Assembly (NCBI GenBank): GCA_023136205.1
Contig: JAGLRQ010000142.1
Location: 1-7,888, forward strand
Origin: Candidatus Auribacterota bacterium
GTDB taxonomy: Bacteria > Auribacterota > UBA6266
Direction of reading: 5' to 3'
Length of the DNA: 7,888 nucleotides
Made by a program: the position numbers and the translations under genes. Each line of letters opens with the position of its first letter. Position 1 is the stretch's first letter. The notes under the pieces are model-generated. The model had not been told where the DNA came from. It saw only the letters and a program-made list of their open reading frames with translations, and searched no databases. Shown one piece after another: positions 1 to 5,223 of this stretch.

Positions 1-72
1 GCAGAGGAGGATCCAGAGGCAGTAGAGGAGGACAAGGGCGCGGCAGATAGAGAACAAGGCAGAACACAATAA
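1..72 (+). CDS. Possible 3' end of an upstream CDS (partial, charged C-terminal tail AEEDPEAVEEDKGAADREQGRTQ*)
   Basis: Frame +1 is open from the window edge to TAA at 70..72. The codons are purine-rich and encode E/D/K/R/G. 23 aa is too short to recognise a family. Confidence 0.3.
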   Translation, partial: AEEDPEAVEEDKGAADREQGRTQ

Positions 73-81
73 AATTTTACC

Positions 82-525
82 ATGAAATATTCACAGGCAA
101 AACAGGGAAGGATATTTGTTATCCGTCTTGAAGACGGGGATATCATTCACGAGGAAATTGAAAAATTTGCCCGTGAAAAATCTATTTCCGCGGGGGCTTT
201 AATCATCCTCGGGGGAATTGACAAAGACAGCAAGCTTGTGGTAGGCCCTGAGCACGGACGGAAAAAACCGGTTGTCCCTATGGAACACACCCTTGACAAT
301 GTCCATGAGATAGCAGGGACAGGAACCCTTTTTTTAGGAGAAAAAGGCAACCCGGTATTGCATATGCACATATCCTGCGGAAGAAAATCGTCAACGGTAA
401 CCGGCTGTGTCCGTAAAGGTGTAAAGGCATGGCATATATTAGAGGTTATCTTGTTTGAACTGGTTGATACTGCCGCAGTTCGTGTTTTGGATTCTGTTAC
501 AGGTTTTGAGTTATTAAGGCCGTAA
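82..525 (+). CDS. PPC (DUF296) domain protein, putative DNA-binding protein of unknown function
   Basis: 147-aa ORF with ATG at 82. Its size and sequence (GRIFVIRLEDGDIIHEEIEKFAREKSISAGALIILGGI ... HMHISCG ... GCVRKG) resemble bacterial/archaeal PPC-domain proteins. No Shine-Dalgarno is visible upstream (aaaattttaccATG). Confidence 0.75.
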   Translation: MKYSQAKQGRIFVIRLEDGDIIHEEIEKFAREKSISAGALIILGGIDKDSKLVVGPEHGRKKPVVPMEHTLDNVHEIAGTGTLFLGEKGNPVLHMHISCGRKSSTVTGCVRKGVKAWHILEVILFELVDTAAVRVLDSVTGFELLRP

Positions 526-571
526 CATAAAAACAGAATTAACAGTAAAAAAATAGATAAAAAAATCAACC

Positions 572-1300
572 ATGCCATTTACAACAGGAAAAATTAAAGC
601 TCTTTGTTTCGATTTTGGGAACACTCTTATCGAATTCGGGCCGAAACAGGTTGCCCGGCAGTATTCTGTTCTCGAGCGAACATTGACAGAGCTGTTCGGT
701 TCCTGCGACGCCGCACGCTTAAAAATCATAAGGGACCGCCAAATTGCCGCCCCGCTCAATAACAGCTGCAGGGAGAGTACCCTGGAGTCTCTCTGTTCGG
801 AGTTAATCCATGAAATTTACGGTGTCACACCGGAAAAATCACACGTAGATACGCTGGTTCAGACACGTTATGAATCATTTGTCAACGTTGTAAAACTTCC
901 CGATGGTGTTCTATCATTGTTGAACAAACTCTCCGGGCGGTACTGTTTTGGTTTTCTCTCAAACTATCCATGCGGCCGGTCTATCCGCGACAGCTTAAAG
1001 AAAATTGGATTATTAAACGTATTTAAGACAATAGTTGTTTCCGGCGATGTTGGTTATGTAAAGCCTCATGCCAGGCCATTCGAAACTATGTTGTCTCAGC
1101 TTGATTTCTCACCTTCAGAATGTGTCTATATCGGTGACAATTGGGTAGCGGATGTGCAGGGATCAAAAAAAATGGGTATGAACTCTATTTTCACAACCCA
1201 GTACGTACCCTATGAAATATTTAAACCCGCTAAAGGAGATTTTTCCCCGGACGCGCGCATCAATCACCTTGACGAACTTGAGCGGTTGATGCTACCCTGA
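572..1300 (+). CDS. HAD superfamily hydrolase, subfamily IA-like (probable phosphatase)
   Basis: 242-aa ORF with the HAD motifs. Motif I is FDFGNTL (nucleophile Asp present, Asp+2 replaced by Gly, as I recall for E. coli YihX DLGNV). Motif II is LSNYP, motif III is the Lys in GYVKPHARPF, and motif IV is IGDNWVADVQG. No obvious SD. Confidence 0.85.
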   Translation: MPFTTGKIKALCFDFGNTLIEFGPKQVARQYSVLERTLTELFGSCDAARLKIIRDRQIAAPLNNSCRESTLESLCSELIHEIYGVTPEKSHVDTLVQTRYESFVNVVKLPDGVLSLLNKLSGRYCFGFLSNYPCGRSIRDSLKKIGLLNVFKTIVVSGDVGYVKPHARPFETMLSQLDFSPSECVYIGDNWVADVQGSKKMGMNSIFTTQYVPYEIFKPAKGDFSPDARINHLDELERLMLP

Positions 1301-1344
1301 CTCGCAAATGTCAGACTTCATAAACTATTAAAATGGAGGCAGCC

Positions 1345-1620
1345 ATGAAAGCCACAGCACGTCATATCCTGGTAAAAACACAGGACGAATGTGAAAACAT
1401 CAAAAAACAGATTGAAACCGGAACTGATTTTGCCGAACTGGCAAAAAAACATTCCCAGTGTCCTTCCGGCCAGAACGGTGGAGCCCTGGGTGAATTTTCT
1501 CCGGGACAAATGGTGCAGGAATTTGATCAAGTTGTTTTTAACAAAGATGTCGGAAAAGTTCACGGCCCTGTTCAAACACAGTTTGGTTTTCATCTTATTG
1601 AAATAACCAGCCGCGGGTAA
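1345..1620 (+). CDS. ppiC: Parvulin-type peptidyl-prolyl cis-trans isomerase (PpiC/Par10-like)
   Basis: It matches E. coli Par10 in length and sequence (ARHILVK..., DFAELAKKHSQCPSGQNGGALGEFSPGQMVQEFDQVVF, GPVQTQFGFHLIE). I moved the start from the track's 1333 to ATG 1345 because GGAGG at 1335..1339 sits 5 nt upstream of it. Confidence 0.9.
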   Translation: MKATARHILVKTQDECENIKKQIETGTDFAELAKKHSQCPSGQNGGALGEFSPGQMVQEFDQVVFNKDVGKVHGPVQTQFGFHLIEITSRG

Positions 1621-1652
1621 TTACAAAACTTAAAAATTGAGACATTAATATA

Positions 1653-1681
1653 TTGACACCTTGGGGCCAGTTATATATAGT
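1653..1681 (+). promoter_or_regulatory. Sigma70-type promoter candidate upstream of csp (TTGACA-17 bp-TATAGT)
   Basis: TTGACA lies at 1653..1658, followed by an exact 17-bp spacer and TATAGT at 1676..1681. A start near 1688 would give a leader of about 144 nt before the csp ATG at 1832. An alternative proximal -10 (TATAAT at 1790..1795) has only a poor -35. Confidence 0.5.
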
Positions 1682-1703
1682 GCACCCTAACAACTATATA
1701 TAA
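1671..1703. repeat. Perfect 11-bp inverted repeat (TTATATATAGT / ACTATATATAA, 11-nt spacer) overlapping the csp promoter -10
   Basis: Read directly: 1671..1681 is the exact reverse complement of 1693..1703. The left arm contains the TATAGT -10. The function (operator or cruciform) is inferred. Confidence 0.6.
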
Positions 1704-1744
1704 TTGTAGGTAGTAAAATTAAATAAAAAGACAGAAATCTTAAG

Positions 1745-1784
1745 CCGCAGGGTGTTAGAAAGCTCGCTTTGCGGTTTTATTTTC
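1745..1784 (+). terminator. Hairpin plus T-tract: candidate intrinsic terminator or attenuator inside the csp upstream region
   Basis: CCGCAGGG (1745..1752) pairs with CTTTGCGG (1767..1774), giving 8 bp with two G-U pairs and a 14-nt loop. TTTTATTTT follows at 1775..1783. The site lies between the consensus promoter and the csp start. Confidence 0.4.
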
Positions 1785-1831
1785 TATCTTATAATTTATT
1801 TAATTTTACAAAAAGAAAGAGGAGAGAAGTA

Positions 1832-2032
1832 ATGGCAAAAGGTGAAGTAAAATGGTTTAATGACAAAAAAGGTTTCGGGTTTATCACACTTGAATCCGGG
1901 GAAGATGTTTTTGTCCACCATTCTGAAATCCAGGGTGACGGCTTTAAGTCTTTGAGCGAAGGGCAGCAAGTTGAGTGTGAGACTCAAAGCGGCCCTAAGG
2001 GCGAGCAGGCTACAAACGTTGTTAAGTTGTAA
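1832..2032 (+). CDS. cspA: Cold-shock protein, CspA family (66 aa)
   Basis: [18 protein letters not shown] carries RNP1 (KGFGFI) and VFVHH is RNP2, and 66 aa is the canonical length. A GAGGAG-type RBS lies within AAAGAGGAGAG at 1817..1827, ahead of ATG 1832. The track's 1769 start is an unsupported N-terminal extension. Confidence 0.93.
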   Translation: MAKGEVKWFNDKKGFGFITLESGEDVFVHHSEIQGDGFKSLSEGQQVECETQSGPKGEQATNVVKL

Positions 2033-2064
2033 CCAAAACGGCAGCAAAAAAGGATAGCGCTTCT

Positions 2065-3162
2065 ATGAGTAGTGATACATTAAAGCCGCTTGTAATCGGC
2101 GATATAGAGATAAAGGTACCGATTATTCAGGGCGGTATGGGAGTTAGGGTTTCTACATCAGCTCTGGCCAGCGCGGTCGCGAATTGCGGAGGGGCAGGAA
2201 CCATAGCCAGCGTAGGGCTCTCAGTTGAGGCTGAGGAATGCGGGATAAAAGATTTTGTCGCAAACTCAAACGAAGCTCTCAAAAAAGAAATACGGCGGGC
2301 CAGAGAGTTAACACAGGGTGTTATAGGTGTTAACATAATGGTAGCTCTTTCTAATTACGAAGATCTGGTAAAGGCTGCCGCATCGGAACAAATAGATTTT
2401 ATTGTTTCAGGCGCCGGCCTGCCCTTAAAAATGCCAGCGCTCACCGCGGGCTCCACGGTAAAGCTGATACCCATTGTTTCTTCCGTAAGGGTAGCCGACT
2501 TGATAATAAAAACCTGGAAAAAACGCTATGACCGCGTACCTGACGCTATTGTCGTAGAGGGGCCTCTTGCCGGCGGCCATTTAGGATATAGATTTGAAGA
2601 CCTGCAGAAAGAAAAAACAGCCAGCCTGGAAGAACTTTTAACCGAGATTTTAAAGACAGTCAAACAATATGAAAAAGATTTAAATGTAAAGATACCTGTT
2701 ATCGCGGGAGGCGGTATTTTTGACGGCAAAGACATTGCCAGAATTTTAAATCTGGGAGCAAGCGGTGTTCAAATAGGAACTCGTTTTGTCGCCACAGAAG
2801 AATGTTCTGTCCCTGATGACTTTAAACAGCTGTATCTTAAAACAGAAACACAAGATACCTTCATTATAAAAAGCCCTGTGGGGCTGCCGGGAAGAACAAT
2901 AAGAACAAAATTCGTCGAAAAAATAATGCAGGGCGTAAAATTTCCTTTTGTCTGCAAGTATAAATGCCTTAAAACATGCGACCCCGGAAAGGCACCTTAC
3001 TGCATAGCCAAGGCTTTACTCAACGCGGTAAAGGGAGATCTCGACAATGCTGTTGTGTTCGCCGGAAGCACAGTCTCAAGAATAAAAAAAATCGTTTCCG
3101 TGAAAGAATTAATTGACGAACTTGTCACGGAAACAGAACTTGCGCTGCGCGCTACAGCCTGA
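2065..3162 (+). CDS. Nitronate monooxygenase (NMO/2-nitropropane dioxygenase) family FMN oxidoreductase, possibly a FabK-like enoyl-ACP reductase II
   Basis: 365-aa ORF with NMO/FabK TIM-barrel hallmarks: PIIQGGMG near the N-terminus, GVNIM, VVEGPLAGGHLG and IPVIAGGGIFDG...GASGVQIGTRFV. AGGA at 2051..2054 lies 10 nt before the ATG. Only 32 nt separate it from the csp stop. Confidence 0.85.
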   Translation: MSSDTLKPLVIGDIEIKVPIIQGGMGVRVSTSALASAVANCGGAGTIASVGLSVEAEECGIKDFVANSNEALKKEIRRARELTQGVIGVNIMVALSNYEDLVKAAASEQIDFIVSGAGLPLKMPALTAGSTVKLIPIVSSVRVADLIIKTWKKRYDRVPDAIVVEGPLAGGHLGYRFEDLQKEKTASLEELLTEILKTVKQYEKDLNVKIPVIAGGGIFDGKDIARILNLGASGVQIGTRFVATEECSVPDDFKQLYLKTETQDTFIIKSPVGLPGRTIRTKFVEKIMQGVKFPFVCKYKCLKTCDPGKAPYCIAKALLNAVKGDLDNAVVFAGSTVSRIKKIVSVKELIDELVTETELALRATA

Positions 3163-3293
3163 TTCACAAGCTTCTGACAAACCTCCCCCCACCAAAATTT
3201 ACCATACCCCAAAATGGAGCGCCTTTGTTTTGGTTTTCGGCGCATTTTACGCGAATTTTACCCTGATGATAACCAGGTTAATTAATTGCCTTC

Positions 3294-3330
3294 ACCGTCA
3301 ATAATTGATTTTTCCTCGACGGTAATTTTT
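3294..3330 (+). terminator. Weak hairpin plus T-run, possible terminator of the NMO-like gene
   Basis: ACCGTC (3294..3299) pairs with GACGGT (3318..3323) across an 18-nt loop, followed by AATTTTT. The short stem and large loop make it weak. Confidence 0.2.
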
Positions 3331-3475
3331 CACACGGTTTCCTTCTTTCCGCACTTGTTAATAACATGTGGGCAGCTTGTTAAATTATTTTTTCTCTCCT
3401 CGCTTCGAAAAATTTTTTAAAAAAATGCTCCTTGTCTGACGAGAAACCAGGCCAAAAACAATAAAACCCCACAAG

Positions 3476-3484
3476 TTATCCACA
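3476..3484 (+). promoter_or_regulatory. DnaA box, perfect consensus TTATCCACA
   Basis: Exact 9/9 match read directly from the sequence. Confidence 0.8.
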
Positions 3485-3574
3485 AGTGCTATTTATTTGT
3501 AATATCTTGGCGTACAGTGAGTTACAAAATCTCATGCTACGTTGTTATTTTTTTTAAACACAACAACTCTTTTC

Positions 3575-3603
3575 TTGACAAGGAACTACGATATTGACAT
3601 AAT
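3575..3603 (+). promoter_or_regulatory. Sigma70-type promoter candidate for dnaA (TTGACA-17 bp-CATAAT)
   Basis: TTGACA lies at 3575..3580, followed by a 17-bp spacer and CATAAT at 3598..3603, about 95 nt upstream of the dnaA start. Confidence 0.5.
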
Positions 3604-3651
3604 CCTGTATTCTTAAGCTGTGTCCTGCCTCATCGCTGTTTGGGGAAAACC

Positions 3652-3660
3652 TGTGGATAA
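3652..3660 (-). promoter_or_regulatory. DnaA box, perfect consensus (TGTGGATAA on +, TTATCCACA on -), between the dnaA promoter candidate and the dnaA start
   Basis: Exact 9/9 match. It lies 39 nt upstream of the TTG start at 3699 and downstream of the candidate -10. Confidence 0.8.
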
Positions 3661-3698
3661 AGGATAGAATCGAAAACGTTACCGAGGGGTTACAGAAA

Positions 3699-5045
3699 TT
3701 GGACAATTTGTGGCGAAAAATCTGTAAGGATCTGGAAAAAGAGCTCACGGCCTATGCATACGATGATTGGATTAAACCGCTAAGGCCGATTTCTTTCAAC
3801 GAGAACCAGCTCACATTGTCTTCTCCCATAAAATTTCACGCTAATTGGGTTAAGGACCATTACCTCGACAGTATAAAAACCATCGCGAAGAAAGTAACAG
3901 ATAATGAAATCGATATAGAATTTGTGGTTTCTAACAGAAGAGATCTGGATTTTGAAGAAAAACCTGTTCAGAAAAAAAGAGTTCCTCTGTTTTCGTCCAT
4001 GGAGAGAAAATTTGAAACAAACTTAAAACCCACCTTTACTTTCGAGAACTTTGTTGTCGGCGACAGCAACAGGCTCGCGAATGCTGTATGTACCGCCGTT
4101 GTAAAATCTCCGGGAACAGCTTATAACCCGCTTTTCATATACGGCACAGTAGGCCTGGGAAAAACCCACCTGCTGCATGCCATTGGAAACCAGGTAATAA
4201 TAAACAAGAAGAGAGCCAGGGTATACTACACAACAAGCGAAAGTTTTGGCAACCAGATGATTGAAGCCCTGCAAAACAAAACCATGGTTAAATTCAGGGA
4301 AAAATACCGCAGGATAGATGTTCTTCTAATAGATGACATACAGTTCCTCGGCGGAAAAGAAATGATGCAGGAAGAATTTTTCCACACATTTAATGCTCTT
4401 TACGACGCGGGTAAACAAGTTGTTGTTTCAAGTGACAGGCCGCCTGACGAAATACCAAGGCTTGAAAACAGGCTTGTTAACCGTTTTGAAATGGGGTTCT
4501 TAGGAGACATACAGATTCCAAACCTTGAAACAAGAATCGCGATTCTAAGAGAAAAAAGAAAAGGTTTTTCCATAAAAATCAGCGATGAGATAATAACCTT
4601 TATCGCTGAAAGAATAAAATCCAACGTGAGAAAATTAGAGGGAGCTCTTAAAAGGCTGGCGGCATATGTGTCTCTTGACCCGGACACAGAAATTACGGCA
4701 GGAATTGCTGAACAGATTCTTGGGAACCTCCTAACTGTTATCGCGGAAAAAAACATCAGTATGGAATCTATTCAGAAAAAAATCGCCGAATATTATGATA
4801 TAAGGGTCGCTGATATGCAAAGCAAGAAAAAACCCCAGCAGATAGCCTTCCCGCGCCAGGTAGCCATGTATTTATCAAGAATGCTTACCAAAGCGTCTCT
4901 TCCTGAAATCGGAAACTCTTTCGGCGGGCGCGACCACACAACTGTAATGTACGCGGTAAGCCAGATTCAAAAGAAGATCGACAAGGATAAAAATTTCAGC
5001 AGGACAATAGAAATGCTTACAAAAAAAATCTCAGCGGCGCAGTAG
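3699..5045 (+). CDS. dnaA: Chromosomal replication initiator protein DnaA
   Basis: 448-aa ORF with Walker [16 protein letters not shown], Walker [11 protein letters not shown], and the domain IV DNA-binding signature ([15 protein letters not shown]...[20 protein letters not shown]). The start is TTG at 3699, with GAGG at 3684..3687 as a possible RBS. The first in-frame ATG (3990) would delete the ~97 N-terminal residues that form domain I and the linker, so it is not a usable start. TTG at 3708 is an alternative. Confidence 0.97.
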   Translation: MDNLWRKICKDLEKELTAYAYDDWIKPLRPISFNENQLTLSSPIKFHANWVKDHYLDSIKTIAKKVTDNEIDIEFVVSNRRDLDFEEKPVQKKRVPLFSSMERKFETNLKPTFTFENFVVGDSNRLANAVCTAVVKSPGTAYNPLFIYGTVGLGKTHLLHAIGNQVIINKKRARVYYTTSESFGNQMIEALQNKTMVKFREKYRRIDVLLIDDIQFLGGKEMMQEEFFHTFNALYDAGKQVVVSSDRPPDEIPRLENRLVNRFEMGFLGDIQIPNLETRIAILREKRKGFSIKISDEIITFIAERIKSNVRKLEGALKRLAAYVSLDPDTEITAGIAEQILGNLLTVIAEKNISMESIQKKIAEYYDIRVADMQSKKKPQQIAFPRQVAMYLSRMLTKASLPEIGNSFGGRDHTTVMYAVSQIQKKIDKDKNFSRTIEMLTKKISAAQ

Positions 5046-5085
5046 AAACGCTTAAAAAAAAATAAAGGAATAAAGTGTTCAGAAA

Positions 5086-5105
5086 TTGTTAATATTTTGT
5101 TAATA
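5086..5105 (+). repeat. Tandem direct repeat TTGTTAATA x2 with 11-bp periodicity (also reads TTAA-N7-TTAA)
   Basis: TTGTTAATA occurs at 5086..5094 and again at 5097..5105. TTAA lies at 5089..5092 and 5100..5103 with a 7-nt spacer. Confidence 0.6.
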
Positions 5106-5126
5106 AATGTGGAGTTTTTTCCAAGC

Positions 5127-5152
5127 TGTGAATAACATGCGTGTTATCAACA
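5127..5152. promoter_or_regulatory. Inverted pair of near-consensus DnaA boxes (TGTGAATAA and TTATCAACA)
   Basis: TGTGAATAA at 5127..5135 is TTATTCACA on the - strand and fits the relaxed consensus TTATNCACA. TTATCAACA at 5144..5152 has 1 mismatch. The two are separated by 8 bp and form a near-palindrome. Confidence 0.65.
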
Positions 5153-5223
5153 AGTTTTTAACAAAGTTTTTGAATCCTTTTTTACTCGATAATGATAGAC
5201 TTGTCTGATATACTAACACCCCA

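Larger units (their letters stand above)
3326..3660. other. Upstream DnaA-box cluster (left half of a two-part oriC and/or dnaA autoregulatory region)
   Basis: Two perfect 9-mers: TTATCCACA at 3476..3484 and TGTGGATAA at 3652..3660. Two 2-mismatch boxes: TTTTTCACA at 3326..3334 and TTAAACACA at 3554..3562. There is also a pure A/T tract at 3408..3426. Confidence 0.7.

Noticed and set aside
147-759. Minus-strand ORFs 147..578 (143 aa) and 514..759 (81 aa)
   Set aside because: They lie antisense to the recognisable PPC and HAD genes. Their translations are low-complexity with no recognisable motifs or RBS, which is typical of shadow ORFs.
1318-1606. ORFs 1318..1593 (-) and 1391..1606 (+, alternate frame) overlapping ppiC
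   Set aside because: The ppiC frame has unmistakable Par10 similarity over its full length. The overlapping frames have no recognisable features.
1769-1831. N-terminal extensions offered by the ORF track for csp (1769), ppiC (1333) and dnaN (TTG 5280)
   Set aside because: In each case a strong Shine-Dalgarno sequence sits inside the extension, just upstream of an internal ATG that gives the canonical protein N-terminus and length.
1796-3245. Minus-strand ORFs 1796..2047, 2127..2336, 2526..2735, 2769..2957 and 2997..3245
   Set aside because: All are antisense to csp or to the NMO-like gene. None has a recognisable domain. The basic N-terminus of 2997..3245 (MRRKPKQRRS) merely reflects the reverse complement of an intergenic T/G-rich stretch.
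3113-3304. 63-aa + strand ORF with a hydrophobic segment (WSAFVLVFGAFYANFTLMI) spanning the NMO gene end and the intergenic region
   Set aside because: Its start lies inside the NMO CDS in another frame and has no RBS. The only internal Met gives about 13 aa. A small membrane peptide cannot be excluded but has no support.
3509-3520. GGCGTACAGTGA, which resembles the E. coli cspA cold-box core (UGACGUACAGA)
   Set aside because: It lies upstream of dnaA rather than in the csp leader, upstream of the candidate dnaA promoter, and shares only a 7-nt core. It is most likely coincidence.
3554-3748. 64-aa minus-strand ORF overlapping the dnaA promoter and start
   Set aside because: It runs antisense across the dnaA 5' end and promoter region, with no RBS and no recognisable sequence.
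4378-4386. TTTTCCACA (a 1-mismatch DnaA box) inside the dnaA CDS, and TGTGGATGT at about 7636..7644 inside the DUF721 gene
   Set aside because: The first encodes the conserved FFHTF protein motif, so protein constraint explains it. The second has 2 mismatches. Isolated intragenic near-matches are expected by chance.
4023-4756. Minus-strand ORFs 4023..4274 and 4400..4756 inside dnaA, and likewise 5342..5680, 6524..6754 and 7500..7775 inside dnaN, recF and DUF721
   Set aside because: They are antisense shadows of highly confident conserved genes.
5026-5062. Short GC stem (AGCG...CGCT) after the dnaA stop followed by an A-run, as a possible terminator
   Set aside because: The stem is only 4 bp and is followed by A9 rather than a T-run on the transcribed strand. 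On the opposite strand the T-run precedes the stem. It is not a credible intrinsic terminator.
5089-5103. TTAA-N7-TTAA as a CtrA binding site
   Set aside because: The format matches, but CtrA origin control is an alphaproteobacterial trait. The dnaA-dnaN-recF-DUF721-gyrB origin with B. subtilis-like trios gives no support for that lineage, and the match is better described as two copies of the TTGTTAATA repeat.
5145-5157. IHF-like site TATCAACAAGTTT (consensus WATCAANNNNTTR) overlapping the DnaA box at 5144..5152
   Set aside because: The last consensus position is wrong (T instead of R), and the match is largely produced by the DnaA-box sequence itself. The evidence is insufficient.
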